Source: Candidatus Sumerlaeaceae bacterium
Lineage (GTDB): Bacteria > Sumerlaeota > Sumerlaeia > Sumerlaeales > Sumerlaeaceae
Length of the DNA: 47,831 bases
Direction of reading: 5' to 3'
Assembly (NCBI GenBank): GCA_051003195.1
Contig: JBPCLP010000056.1
Location: forward strand, 1 to 47,831
The position numbers and the translations under genes were made by a program. The stretch's first letter is position 1. The number at the start of each line of letters is the position of its first letter. Shown here piece by piece: positions 16,844-27,500 of the stretch. The notes below the pieces were generated by a model. It saw only the letters and a program-made list of their open reading frames with translations, was not told the DNA's origin and did not search any database.

Positions 16844-18403
16844 CTACGCCGGGACTTCCGACGCTGCATTCCGGTCGAGCGTGCGGTAGCCGATCGCTTC
16901 GGCGATGTGATCGGTCTCGATGGCGTCGGTGCCGGAGAGGTCGGCGATGGTGCGCGCAACTTTGATGATGCGGTCGTAGGCGCGGGCGGAGAGGCCGAGC
17001 AGGTTCATTGCATTTTCGAGCTGCTCCTGCGCATCGTCCTTTATCTGGCAGAACTTTTTCATTTCGCGGCTGCCGAGGTGTGCGTTGCAGTGGATCCCTT
17101 TGAGCCCTGTGTAACGGATGCGCTGGCGTTCGCGCGCGGCACACACGCGGTCGCGGATCACCGTACTTGGCTCGCCGGGAGTACCGCTGCGCGAAAGCTC
17201 GCGAATTGGCACGGCGGGTACGTCGACATGAAGGTCGATGCGGTCGAGCAGTGGACCGCTCAGTCGCGTGCGATATTTCTGAATGGCCTGTGGCAGGCAC
17301 ATACACGCGCGCGTTGTGTCGGTCAGATAGCCGCATGGGCATGGGTTGCTGCTACCGACCAAAATAAATTTGCAGGGGAATGTCAGGCTCATCGCCGCGC
17401 GTGAGATGTTCACACTTCCGTCTTCGAGCGGCTGCCGCAGCACTTCGAGTACCTGTCGTCCGAACTCCGGCATCTCATCGAGAAACAGCACACCATTGTG
17501 TGCCAGAGAAACTTCACCGGGTTTCGGGATGGTGCCGCCGCCGATAAGGGCGATGTTGGACACGGTGTGGTGCGGCGAGCGGAACGGACGTGTGGCAACC
17601 AGGCTTTCACGCGCGCTGACAAGCCCCGCGATGGAATGGATCTTTGTCGTTTCGATGCTCTCATCCAAAGACATCGTTGGCAGGATGGTGGGCAGGCGCT
17701 TGGCCAGCATGGTCTTTCCACTTCCCGGCGGGCCGATCAGCAGTACATTGTGCCCGCCGGCCGCTGCAATCTCAAGTGCACGCTTCGCGCCTTCCTGCCC
17801 GCGCACGTCGGCGAAGTCGACGGCGTAGTTGTTCGTGCAGGCGAACACCTGCTGTAGATCCACCCGGTGTGGCAGGATCTGCTCGGTGCCATTAAGATAC
17901 CCGACAGCGGCGGCAAGCGAGCTGACGGGAATCACGTCGAGTCCCTCGACTACCCCGGCCTCCGCTGCATTTTCGGCGGGAACCAGCACGCGCTCCGTGC
18001 CATTCGCCCGCGCGCCCAGTGCGATGGGCAGCACGCCCGGTATTGGTTTCACCGTGCCGTCCAGGCTCAGCTCGCCGATGAGGCTGCTGGAGCGCAGGAG
18101 CGTCGAATCGACCCGATTGAGCGCGGCCAGCACACCGACAGCAATCGGGAGATCAAGGCTCGGCCCCTCCTTGCGGAGGTCGGCGGGCGCGAGGTTTACC
18201 GTGATGTAACCATGAGGGTAGTAGAACCCGGAATTGACCAGCGCGGCGCGCATCCGGTCCTTGCTTTCCTTGACTGCGGCATCGGGCAGCCCGACGATAT
18301 TGCAGACGTCTTTTTGCCCGCTGCCGCCTGCCACATCCACCTCGACGTCGACCGGGAAAGCGTCCACGCCGAAAACCACATGACTGAGTACCTTGGCTAA
18401 CAT
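16844..18403 (-). CDS. comM: ComM/YifB Mg-chelatase-like AAA+ ATPase
   Basis: VGLPDAAVKES, NLAPADLRKEG, GPPGSGKT, PFRSPHH, FLDE, NPCPCG, SGPLLDRID, SARAYDRI; intact. Confidence 0.97.
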   Translation of the reverse strand: MLAKVLSHVVFGVDAFPVDVEVDVAGGSGQKDVCNIVGLPDAAVKESKDRMRAALVNSGFYYPHGYITVNLAPADLRKEGPSLDLPIAVGVLAALNRVDSTLLRSSSLIGELSLDGTVKPIPGVLPIALGARANGTERVLVPAENAAEAGVVEGLDVIPVSSLAAAVGYLNGTEQILPHRVDLQQVFACTNNYAVDFADVRGQEGAKRALEIAAAGGHNVLLIGPPGSGKTMLAKRLPTILPTMSLDESIETTKIHSIAGLVSARESLVATRPFRSPHHTVSNIALIGGGTIPKPGEVSLAHNGVLFLDEMPEFGRQVLEVLRQPLEDGSVNISRAAMSLTFPCKFILVGSSNPCPCGYLTDTTRACMCLPQAIQKYRTRLSGPLLDRIDLHVDVPAVPIRELSRSGTPGEPSTVIRDRVCAARERQRIRYTGLKGIHCNAHLGSREMKKFCQIKDDAQEQLENAMNLLGLSARAYDRIIKVARTIADLSGTDAIETDHIAEAIGYRTLDRNAASEVPA

Positions 18404-18482
18404 AGGTGCGACGAATTAGCCACAGCCCCGCGCGATGTAAATTGAAAATGTGCAGCGCCGGGCAAATCGCGCCGCCTGCGGA

Positions 18483-21365
18483 TCATAGTTGTCGTAGCGT
18501 TGCCAGCTTTTGCTCGAGTTGCTGAGCATCGAAGGCGAGTTGCTCGAGTTTAAGGCGCTCCTTTTCGATCACCGCGGCGGGAGCTTTGGCGGTGAAAGCC
18601 TCCGTGGAGAGTTTCGTATCCAGTTTCGTCCGCTCGGCAGTGATGCGGGCAATTTCCTTTTCCAGCCGTTGAATCTCCTGGGCGCGCATTTCGTCGGGCA
18701 GCTCAACGAAGATCGTGACTCCGGATGCAACCGCAGTGGCCGAGAAGGCCGGCGGCTCGGCCTTGTCCATGATCGAGAGGCTGCGGATGTTCGTCAGGAT
18801 GGTGAGAAACGTGGATTGCGCATCGAGCAGATTACGAGTGGTGGCATCGGGTGCAACGAGCAGCACTTTTGCGGCGACGGACGGCTGGATTCTCATCTCA
18901 CCCCGGATGTTGCGGATTGCGTACAGCACCTGTTGCAGTACGCCGACTTTCTGCTCGGCTTCTTCATCGACGAGGGAGTCGGGTGCAAAGTCGTTCCAGG
19001 GCGCAATCATGATGGACGCGGATTCCATGGCGAGCATCGCGCGCGCACCGAGCGGAGTTCCATTGGGCACTTCAACGTTGCCGCCGAGGGGGCTGATACG
19101 GCTTGTCTGGTCGTAGCCGGGCGTGTTGAATCCGACGTCCTCGCCGCGGAGCGGACGCAGCGCCTGCCAGATTTCCTCGGTGATGAACGGACACACCGGG
19201 TGGAGCAGGCGCATGCTGCCTTCGAGAATCGTCACCAGTAGCGCCTGTGCCTGGGTACGGCTGTGGATCGCTTCCGGTGTTGCGCTGTTGTCGTGCGGGT
19301 TTGCGTACAGGCGCGGTTTCACGAGCTCGAGGTAGTAGTCACAGAAATCGCCCCAGAAAAACTCGCGGAACGATTTGACAGCGACGTCGAACTCGAACGC
19401 AGCGAGCGCCGCATTGACGGCGCGCACGGTGCGGGCGTAGCGGCTCAGGATCCAGCGGTCTTCCAGCGCCAGTTCACTGCGGTGCGGCTCCGTGGTCGGT
19501 CCTGCTTCGGCAAGCTGCTGGTGGTGCAGGTCTGCCACGTTGGTGAGTATCAGCCGCGCGGCGTTCCACAACTTGTTCATGAAGTTGCGGTAGCCTTCGA
19601 GTTCCTTCACGCTGAACGCAATGTGCTGTTCGCGCGAGGCGTAGGCAGCGAGGCAGATCCGCATGGCGTCGGTGCCGAATTGTTCGATCAGCACGGTCGG
19701 GTCGATGGCGTTGCCCTTCGACTTACTCATCTTCTTGCCGTGTTCGTCGGCCACCATCGGGTGGAAGAACACATCCCGGAACGGCACTTCGCCCATGAAG
19801 TGCTCGCCCATCATGATCATGCGCGCGACCCAGAAGAAGATGATGTCTTTGCCGGTGGAGAGCACGGACGTCGGATAATACTTTTTCAGGTCGGCGGCTT
19901 CGGCATCCGGCCAGCCGAGGGTCGAGAACGGCCACAGCGCGCTGGAGAACCAGGTATCGAGAACGTCGGGATCCTGGGTAATACCGCTGCCTGCAATGCC
20001 CGCGGCAACTCTCTGCGCCTGGTATTCGTCTTCCGTCCGAGGAACAACGATAGATCCATCGTCGTTGTAGAACGCGGGTATCTGGTGCCCCCACCATAGC
20101 TGCCGTGAAATCGCCCAGTCGCGGATGTTGTCGATCCATCGCAGAAAATCCGCGACGCGTGATTCCGGATGGAACTTGATGCGCCCGCTCGTCACGGCCT
20201 CACGCGCCTTTGCGGCAAGCGGCGCCATCTTCACAAACCACTGAAGACTGAGGTACGGCTCGATCACCGTGTCGCAGCGATAGCAGCTGCCGACGCGCTG
20301 CGGATGCTCCACCGTTTTTTCGACGAGACCGGCTGCTTCTAAATCTTCCAGCACGCGTTTGCGCGCGACGTAGCGGTCGAGCCCGGCGTACTTACCGCCG
20401 TTCTCGTTGATGTGCGCGTCGGGCGTAAGGATGTTGATCTCTTCGAGTCCGTGGCGTTTGCCGGCCTGGTAGTCATTTTGGTCGTGCGCGGGCGTGATCT
20501 TTACCATGCCCGTGCCGAATTCTTTGTCGACGAAATCGTCCGCAATGATCGGGATTCGGCGCTCGACGAGCGGGAGAATGACGTGCTTGCCGATCAGGTC
20601 CATGTAGCGCTCGTCGGTGGGATTCACCGCGACCGCCGTATCGCCCAGCATGGTTTCGGGGCGGGTCGTTGCGACGATGACAAAGCGCTGCCCGTCCGCC
20701 GCAGGCGAGACGCCTGCGCCACTTTCCACCGGGTACTTAATGTACCACAGCTTGCCCGCCTTGTCCGCGTAATTTACCTCGTCGTCGGCCAGCGTCGTCT
20801 GGCAGCGCGGACACCAGTTCACCAGGTAGTTGTCGCGGTAGATCAGGCCTTCGCTATACAGGCGCGCGAAGACGGTACGTACGGCGCGGGAAAGACCCTC
20901 GTCCATCGTAAAGCGTTCGCGCGACCAGTCGCAAGAGCAGCCCATGCGTTTGAGCTGCTCAATGATTGTCGCGCCGGATTTCTCTTTCCACTGCCATACG
21001 CGTTCGAGAAACTTTTCACGGCCGAGCTCCTCGCGCGGTCGTTCCATGCCTTCCTTGCGTAGCTGCTGCTCGACGACGTACTGTGTCGCGATCGATGCAT
21101 GGTCGGTACCTGGCAGCCAGAGTGCGTTGTAGCCTGCCATGCGTTTCCAGCGCGTGAGCACGTCCTGCAGCGTGTTGTTCAGCGCGTGGCCCATGTGCAG
21201 GATGCCGGTGATGTTCGGCGGCGGGATGACGATGCAGAACGGCTCGCCGGGCGCGTGGACGTCGGCCGTGAAATAGCCGCGGCGCTCCCATTCGGGGTAG
21301 TACTTCTTCTCGGTGGCGTGCGGCTCGTACCGGGTGGACAGCTCAGGTGTCGGGTTCGTCGTCAT
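18483..21365 (-). CDS. valS: Valine--tRNA ligase
   Basis: PPPNITGILHMGH, ATTRPET, DWAISRQLWWGH, DTWFSS, KMSKSKGN, C-terminal coiled coil. Confidence 0.98.
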   Translation of the reverse strand: MTTNPTPELSTRYEPHATEKKYYPEWERRGYFTADVHAPGEPFCIVIPPPNITGILHMGHALNNTLQDVLTRWKRMAGYNALWLPGTDHASIATQYVVEQQLRKEGMERPREELGREKFLERVWQWKEKSGATIIEQLKRMGCSCDWSRERFTMDEGLSRAVRTVFARLYSEGLIYRDNYLVNWCPRCQTTLADDEVNYADKAGKLWYIKYPVESGAGVSPAADGQRFVIVATTRPETMLGDTAVAVNPTDERYMDLIGKHVILPLVERRIPIIADDFVDKEFGTGMVKITPAHDQNDYQAGKRHGLEEINILTPDAHINENGGKYAGLDRYVARKRVLEDLEAAGLVEKTVEHPQRVGSCYRCDTVIEPYLSLQWFVKMAPLAAKAREAVTSGRIKFHPESRVADFLRWIDNIRDWAISRQLWWGHQIPAFYNDDGSIVVPRTEDEYQAQRVAAGIAGSGITQDPDVLDTWFSSALWPFSTLGWPDAEAADLKKYYPTSVLSTGKDIIFFWVARMIMMGEHFMGEVPFRDVFFHPMVADEHGKKMSKSKGNAIDPTVLIEQFGTDAMRICLAAYASREQHIAFSVKELEGYRNFMNKLWNAARLILTNVADLHHQQLAEAGPTTEPHRSELALEDRWILSRYARTVRAVNAALAAFEFDVAVKSFREFFWGDFCDYYLELVKPRLYANPHDNSATPEAIHSRTQAQALLVTILEGSMRLLHPVCPFITEEIWQALRPLRGEDVGFNTPGYDQTSRISPLGGNVEVPNGTPLGARAMLAMESASIMIAPWNDFAPDSLVDEEAEQKVGVLQQVLYAIRNIRGEMRIQPSVAAKVLLVAPDATTRNLLDAQSTFLTILTNIRSLSIMDKAEPPAFSATAVASGVTIFVELPDEMRAQEIQRLEKEIARITAERTKLDTKLSTEAFTAKAPAAVIEKERLKLEQLAFDAQQLEQKLATLRQL
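20700..20722 (-). repeat. REP palindrome in frame within valS
   Basis: gtggcgcaggcgtctcgcctgcg, identical to 46769-46791; encodes SGAGVSPA. Confidence 0.85.
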
Positions 21366-21451
21366 ATGGGAGCGTAGTACGGGCGGGGGGGCAGCGGCAT
21401 TCGCAATGAAAAGCAGCGGCGGGTTTCATAGCGAGGATGGGTGGGGTGCCC

Positions 21452-21471
21452 GGCAGGAATGCCCAGCCTAC
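21452..21471. repeat. REP-like ggcaggaatgcccagcctac
   Basis: GTAG-type end on the minus strand; related to 46926-46945; overlaps the recQ stop. Confidence 0.55.
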
Positions 21472-23405
21472 TGTTGCGCCCATTTCAGCACTTCAGTGAA
21501 CGGGAGATGGTCGTACTTGCCAAACAGCGGGTGCTTTCCGAGACGTGCGCGTGCAATGGCGGGGCTGGAGATGCCACACATAAAGCGGGCGACCTGCCGC
21601 GAGTGGGAAAGCGCACCAGGGTTCGCGCGCTCAAGTTCGCCCAGGGCCACGCGGTCCGCATCTGCAGGGGAATTCCCAGTGCGCCGTGGTTCCGGCACGA
21701 TGACGGCCTTCCCGCCCTGGCAGAACGTGCAGTGACCACACGGCTCGGTACGCTCTTCGCCGAAGTATTTGCAGAGCGCATTGACCTGGCATCCTTCCAG
21801 CCGCGCGAGCTGCAATACGTTGCGAAGCCGACGGACTTCGTTCACTTCGCGATTTTCAAACCTCTGCGTCAGTTGATCAGCGAGTTGATCGATATCCGGC
21901 ACCTCGCCCACACGTGAGAAACGGTGCCGTAGCTCCGCAACCTTCAGTACCACGAGCCGACGCTCTTCCATCACCTCCAGCGCGCGCACAATGCGCTGCC
22001 GTGGCTGTTTCATCTGCGTCGCAGCGTCGTCGGCATTCAGCCGGTACCAGGTTTTCCCCTTCTTCGCCAGCTTGAAGAGCCGCTCCACAAAGACCTGGTA
22101 CTCGCCGTCGAACGCTTTAACGGCTGCCTGCTCGCTCTCCAGCGGGCGGAACTCGTAGCCACCGTAAAACGGCGTTCCCTGCTGTAAAATACCTTTCAGC
22201 TCGAGGTAGGTCAGCGCGGTGCGGAGCACAGCCTGCCGGAGGTCGTGTCGCGACGACAGATCGAACAGGCTGACATCGAACTCGTCTCCGAGCGACAGCA
22301 GCTCGGTTATTAGTCCGTGGAGACTCTCGCGGGTCGGTGTATCGCCGTACGCGAAATTCTCCAGCGGCATCAGGTCGTCTGCGCACACGAACATCTCGAC
22401 AATGGATGGCTTGTCATCACGACCGGCGCGGCCGATCTCCTGGCTATAGTTTTCCAGGCTCTTGGGAAGGTTATAATGATAAACGTATCGAACGTCCGCC
22501 TTGTCGATACCCATACCAAAGGCAATGGTGGCGACGGCGATTCCGCGATTGGAGGTGGTCCACCATTCCTGTACGCGCGTGCGCTCGGGCGTTTCCATGC
22601 CCGCGTGGTAGGGCTCGGCGGGCAGGCCGCTCGCGTTCAACACGGCCGCAACCTGCTCCGCGGTTTTCTGCAGCGTAACGTAAACAATGGTGGGCCCCGG
22701 CTCGCGCAGCTTTAATCGCTCAATAAGGAATTCGTTGCGAGTTTGCGGGCTCACGGGCGTTGTAAGCATCGTCAGGTTGTGCCGGTACACGCCGGTCAGG
22801 ACAGCATCATCGGGCGGGATTTCGAAACCGCGGCAAATGTCCTGCACGACCTTTGGCGTCGCCGTGGCAGTCAGCGTGAGTATGCGCGGCACCTGCAGCT
22901 GGCGTGCGAAGTGCGCGAGCTTCAGATAATCAGGACGGAAATTGTGTCCCCATTCGGAAATGCAATGCGCCTCGTCGACGGCAAAGAGCGAGAGCGGCGT
23001 GCGCTTGAGAAGCTCTAGGAATCGTTCATTGTTAAATCGCTCCGGCGCGACATAAAGCAGCTTCAACGATCCATCGCGCATGCCATCCGTGGCATAGCGC
23101 ATTTCCTCAGGCGTGAGCGAGGAATCCAGCCGTGCCGCGGAAATACCGCGGGCGCGCAGTGCGCCGATCTGGTCTTTCATGAGAGCAATCAATGGGGAGA
23201 CGACGAGCGTCAGGCCGGGGAGTGCCAAAGCCGGCAACTGGTAGCAGAGCGACTTACCGCTTCCCGTTGGAAAGACTGCGAGCGCGCGGCCTTTGCCCGC
23301 CGTCAGCAGCTTTTCGATGACCTCGCGCTGGCCCTGCCGGAATTCCGCGAAGCCGAAGCGTTCGGCAAGAAGTTCGGCAGGATTGGAAAGATGCTCAGTT
23401 TGCAT
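21468..23405 (-). CDS. recQ: RecQ-family DNA helicase
   Basis: PTGSGKS, DEAH, ISEWGHNFRPDY, TATAT, AFGMGIDK, QEIGRAGRD; Cys cluster at the C-terminus; no HRDC evident. Confidence 0.93.
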   Translation of the reverse strand: MQTEHLSNPAELLAERFGFAEFRQGQREVIEKLLTAGKGRALAVFPTGSGKSLCYQLPALALPGLTLVVSPLIALMKDQIGALRARGISAARLDSSLTPEEMRYATDGMRDGSLKLLYVAPERFNNERFLELLKRTPLSLFAVDEAHCISEWGHNFRPDYLKLAHFARQLQVPRILTLTATATPKVVQDICRGFEIPPDDAVLTGVYRHNLTMLTTPVSPQTRNEFLIERLKLREPGPTIVYVTLQKTAEQVAAVLNASGLPAEPYHAGMETPERTRVQEWWTTSNRGIAVATIAFGMGIDKADVRYVYHYNLPKSLENYSQEIGRAGRDDKPSIVEMFVCADDLMPLENFAYGDTPTRESLHGLITELLSLGDEFDVSLFDLSSRHDLRQAVLRTALTYLELKGILQQGTPFYGGYEFRPLESEQAAVKAFDGEYQVFVERLFKLAKKGKTWYRLNADDAATQMKQPRQRIVRALEVMEERRLVVLKVAELRHRFSRVGEVPDIDQLADQLTQRFENREVNEVRRLRNVLQLARLEGCQVNALCKYFGEERTEPCGHCTFCQGGKAVIVPEPRRTGNSPADADRVALGELERANPGALSHSRQVARFMCGISSPAIARARLGKHPLFGKYDHLPFTEVLKWAQQ

Positions 23406-23531
23406 GGCGAGCTATCGCGCCTGCGTATGGAGAAAAGGTCGAGATCAATTTAAGCACAGAAACTGGAATTAGCCTTGCGGGGGTATAATCGTAGTATCCC
23501 ACTCCGGATTTACCGATTGAAGGAGCTGCTG

Positions 23532-24644
23532 ATGTTCAGACGCCTGATGTGCATGAGTTTTTGCTTCAGCCTTATCGCGAGTGCCACGGCGCAGAACTAC
23601 CGGCGGGTCGTGCCGCCCACGGGGCCCGTGGGGCCGCGCTCCTATGTCGAGCCGCGGCGCTACTCCACCCAGGCACCGTCGACCGTCAGCGCAGCCGCAC
23701 CCACGCGAACCGGCCCTGAAATACTTACACGCCCCACCCTGATCCGATCTTCGGGATCCTATCAACTGGGCGGAAATATCTACGCTGCCACGGATGCAAC
23801 AACGGCAGCGATTGTGATTGCCGCGCCGGATGTGACATTAGACCTCGGCGGCTTCACAGTCGTTGGACGTGGCGCGACTGCGCCGGATGCCGGCGGGGTC
23901 GCAATCCTTGCAGACCGTATTACCGTCCGCAATGGCAGCATCACGAGCTTTGACTCGGAGAACCAGTGTGCAGTGATGGTAAGTGCCGGAGTGCGGGCTT
24001 TTGTGCTGACGGACCTGAAAATATCGCACTGTGATACGGGCATCCTGCTAAATCCCGATAACAATGATGACAATCCAGTGGTGGGCGGGCGGATCGACCG
24101 GTGCGCAGTGGATGAAGGCTCTGTTGGGATTCTCGCTTTTGCGTCGCAGGGCGTATCGCTGCAAAACTGTGTGGTGAGTGGTGCGGCGGCAAAGCGGCAA
24201 GTGCCGGGCGAAGGAAGCGGCATGCTGCTGCGCGGCAGCAGCTTCATCGTCGATGGCTGTAACATGACCGGTAATACCCATGGTATGCGACTGGATGCCG
24301 ATTTCTCGCTGGTCAGAGCCTGCAGTCTGTCATCGAATCGCAACACCGGTGCGTACATTACGGGCAAAGGCAATCGGCTGGAGGATTGCGTCATATCGGG
24401 AAATGGAATCACCGGGGCAACTGTGCTGGGGGAGAACAACGCATTTGTAAATGACCACTTCAGCGGCAACGGTGGCCATGGTCTCTCGCTCGACAAGAGC
24501 GGCCCGACCGGCGCCAATCACACTTATATTAGAGATTGCGCGGTCATGGGCAATGCCGCCGAGGGTATTTCGGATAAGGGGCTTGGCGACACGCGGATCG
24601 AAGGCGGTTTTCCTGCAACACCTGCTCCCGGCGTTTCTCGATAG
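23532..24644 (+). CDS. Secreted right-handed beta-helix repeat protein
   Basis: AAGGAG RBS, signal peptide, DVTLDLGGFTV, repeated I.GN...G units. Confidence 0.85.
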   Translation: MFRRLMCMSFCFSLIASATAQNYRRVVPPTGPVGPRSYVEPRRYSTQAPSTVSAAAPTRTGPEILTRPTLIRSSGSYQLGGNIYAATDATTAAIVIAAPDVTLDLGGFTVVGRGATAPDAGGVAILADRITVRNGSITSFDSENQCAVMVSAGVRAFVLTDLKISHCDTGILLNPDNNDDNPVVGGRIDRCAVDEGSVGILAFASQGVSLQNCVVSGAAAKRQVPGEGSGMLLRGSSFIVDGCNMTGNTHGMRLDADFSLVRACSLSSNRNTGAYITGKGNRLEDCVISGNGITGATVLGENNAFVNDHFSGNGGHGLSLDKSGPTGANHTYIRDCAVMGNAAEGISDKGLGDTRIEGGFPATPAPGVSR

Positions 24645-24777
24645 TGGTGTGCTCAAAGTTCTGGATTTCTCGTTTTACACTCAAATAGCTGGACTTTCGA
24701 GAACACAGTTCAAAGTGTCCGGGCCGGTAATCGGCGCGGGCTCATAATCGGATAGCGCGGAGGGCGGCCCCACACGC

Positions 24778-26757
24778 ATGGCGCAAAGGCTAAAAAAATG
24801 CCTCGGTATTGATATCGGTACCTCGGCTGTAAAGATGGTCGAGTTGGTATCGGAGAAGACCGGCGTTCGGATCAGCCGTATGTTGCGGGCCGAACTGGGT
24901 CTGGCGCCTGGGCCAATGGACAGCGACCGGGTAAATACCATCACGCGCACCGTGCGCGAGATGATCAGCCAGAATAAGATCGCGACCAAACACGCGGTGT
25001 TCAGCGTTCCGGGACAAAGTGTTTTCATCCGGCGTATCAAATTCCCGCGCACATCCGAAGACCGTTTGCACCGCATCGTCGCTTACGAGGCCCGCCAGCA
25101 GATCCCTTTCGCCCTGGATAATTCCCTCATGGAATACCAGGTCTTCGATTACGGCGACAGCGGTGAAGTCGAAGTCCTGCTGGTCGCGATCAAAAAGGAC
25201 ATTGTGCTCGAGTTCATGAAGGTCGTGAACAAGGCCGGGCTGAAGCCGGTGATGATCTCTGTCAGCTCACTCGCGCTGTTTAACTTCCATGTTTTTGACT
25301 CGACGCCGTTCCAGGAGCTGCTCGAAAGCCTGGAAGCTTCACGCACGGGTGAGATGCCGGCCGAGCAAACGAAGCCTTCGCCCGGTACACCCGCGAAGAA
25401 GAAGGGTTTTGCGTTTCCCAAGTTTTCTTTTGGAACAAAGAAAAAGCTCGATATCGCCGACGTTGCGGAAGCCGAGCCGGTCGAAGGCATCGAACCCCTG
25501 TCGATGGACTTCAACACCGATCTTCCCGAGGACATTTATGAGGAGGTCAAAGCGTACATCAATATCGGCGCGCAGACCTTCGACCTCGCGATAGCGCGCC
25601 ACGGCCGCCACAAAATGCTTGGCTTCACGCGCAGCGTTCCATGGGCGGGAAACGAACTGACCCGCATGCTGACTGACAAGCTGCGGCTTGGCTCTTCGCA
25701 GGAGGCGGAACAGATCAAGCGCGAGCGCGCGATCGCCGTCATTCCCGGGCGCGAAGACGAAGCCGAAGCAGCCGGCATCGATCCGCACGCAAGCGAGTTC
25801 GTTGCGCAATGGGCGGACCGCATGATTCTCGAGGTCCGCAAGTCCTTCGATTTCTATATCGCACAACCCGACGGCATGGCTGTGGATAACATTGTCATCA
25901 CAGGTGGCCAGGCCCAGCAGAGAAACCTTTCGGCTTACATCGAGGAGAAGCTCGGCATCCCCGTCGATGTGCGCGTCGCTCCTGAAAATGGCGCGTTCAG
26001 CTTTAGTGACGGCGCCACTCCCGATGAGACCGTCTCTTTCGTGGTGGCAACCGGCCTGGCGTTGAGTGGCCTCGGCCTTGGCCAGGTCACGGTCGACTTT
26101 CTGCCGACCGAGTTGAAGACAATCCGCGAATTCAAAAAGAAGAACATCGAGATCTTCGCACTGCTCGGTCTTCTTCTGCTCATTATTGCCGTCAGCTATA
26201 TGGCCGGCAGCAAAGAAATTGAAGACATGAACCGCTGGCTTGCGGAAAATCAGGGCAAAATTGAAACTGTAAACCGAACCAAAGCTCAGTTGGACAAAGC
26301 GCGCAACGATCGCAAAGCCATCGATGACAAGGTGAAGGCGCTGGGAGAAGCCATGGGCGACCGCACCTACTGGCTCGAGTTCCTTGGTATGCTTGAAGGC
26401 GTCAAGCCCACGACCATTCTGCTGACATCTATTAATATGAACCCGAATGGAACGGTCGATTTAGTCGGCGAGACCGCGGAAAACGTGGGAGCGATTGCCA
26501 CTTTCTCAAGGGACCTCGGCGAACAGAAGGACTGGGTGAAGAGGTGTGACATCTCCCTCCCACCGCAGGAGCGTTTCTCACGTATGATTAACCGCCCTGT
26601 GACACAATTCGGTCTTCACATCGAAACCAACTGGAAACAGACACGCCTTGCACCCGCACGTGTAACCCTGGCGCCGGGCCAGTACACGCCTTCCGCCACG
26701 CCTATCGGTACCATCGCGCCGGCCATAGGCGATCTTGGCATGGAAGCCGCAATCTAG
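24778..26757 (+). CDS. pilM: Type IV pilus alignment protein, PilM-PilN fusion
   Basis: LGIDIGTSAVK, YEARQQIPF, VLLVAIKK, VITGG; then DFLP (INLLP-like), TM, coiled coil and PilN-like WLEFL..L....P..ILLTSI. Confidence 0.9.
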   Translation: MAQRLKKCLGIDIGTSAVKMVELVSEKTGVRISRMLRAELGLAPGPMDSDRVNTITRTVREMISQNKIATKHAVFSVPGQSVFIRRIKFPRTSEDRLHRIVAYEARQQIPFALDNSLMEYQVFDYGDSGEVEVLLVAIKKDIVLEFMKVVNKAGLKPVMISVSSLALFNFHVFDSTPFQELLESLEASRTGEMPAEQTKPSPGTPAKKKGFAFPKFSFGTKKKLDIADVAEAEPVEGIEPLSMDFNTDLPEDIYEEVKAYINIGAQTFDLAIARHGRHKMLGFTRSVPWAGNELTRMLTDKLRLGSSQEAEQIKRERAIAVIPGREDEAEAAGIDPHASEFVAQWADRMILEVRKSFDFYIAQPDGMAVDNIVITGGQAQQRNLSAYIEEKLGIPVDVRVAPENGAFSFSDGATPDETVSFVVATGLALSGLGLGQVTVDFLPTELKTIREFKKKNIEIFALLGLLLLIIAVSYMAGSKEIEDMNRWLAENQGKIETVNRTKAQLDKARNDRKAIDDKVKALGEAMGDRTYWLEFLGMLEGVKPTTILLTSINMNPNGTVDLVGETAENVGAIATFSRDLGEQKDWVKRCDISLPPQERFSRMINRPVTQFGLHIETNWKQTRLAPARVTLAPGQYTPSATPIGTIAPAIGDLGMEAAI

Positions 26758-26771
26758 ACTGGAATAATGCG

Positions 26772-27272
26772 ATGAGCGATAAAACCAAACATTATATCAG
26801 GCTCGCCGAACGCAATCTGGGCCGCATTGTCATGGGCGTTTTGCTGTTCATCCTTGTCGGTCTCGCGTATGCGCTCTATTCCGAGCAGAGTAATACGGTG
26901 GGCGTGGATGCGGAGGGCGGAATGCCCGCGAGGCTGGAAGACCCGTTGCCTAAAAACCCCCACTTCCTGCGCATTACCACCATGTCCACTCCGCAGGATC
27001 TTGCCAGCTCGCCGCCCATCCAGCAGGTGGCCCAGTATAATATGTTTGATTACAAGAGCGTACGCGATAAACAGGAGATCGAGCGCGGAGCTGACCAGAA
27101 GTTTGCACAGGCGCAGGATGCCGCTACCAAAGGCCAGCCGGACGAAGCCAAACGTCTTTTGGGCGAAATTCTTAAACAGGTGCCTACCCACAAGAAGGCT
27201 CGGGAGCTTTCGGAAAAGCTCAACAGCGCAGCGACCGCGAAGCCTGCAGCGACTGCTACACCTGTTCCCTGA
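26772..27272 (+). CDS. Bitopic protein with C-terminal TPR-like helices (PilO/PilP position)
   Basis: N-terminal TM; AQDAATKGQPDEAKRLLGEILKQVPTHKKAREL; lies between pilMN and the secretin. Confidence 0.75.
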   Translation: MSDKTKHYIRLAERNLGRIVMGVLLFILVGLAYALYSEQSNTVGVDAEGGMPARLEDPLPKNPHFLRITTMSTPQDLASSPPIQQVAQYNMFDYKSVRDKQEIERGADQKFAQAQDAATKGQPDEAKRLLGEILKQVPTHKKARELSEKLNSAATAKPAATATPVP

Positions 27273-27500
27273 ACACGCCTAACTACACCAAAAGCAGGGA
27301 AATTTCAGAAGCATGTCGTTTTTCATTGCTTTCGAATCTCTGATTCCACGATATCTGCGCCAATTGCCGAGGACAGCTATTGGATGGGAATGTTCCCCAA
27401 ACATTTAATTATGTTTTGAGAACGATCCCACTGGTAGCCAGAAGTTGCTGTAAAATGTAGTCACATATGTTAAGCATCGCTGAAGGAGAAGGGTCCTTAG

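Noticed and set aside
16844..18403. comM interrupted by an island
   Set aside because: ORF is intact and I saw no duplicate of its sequence in the window
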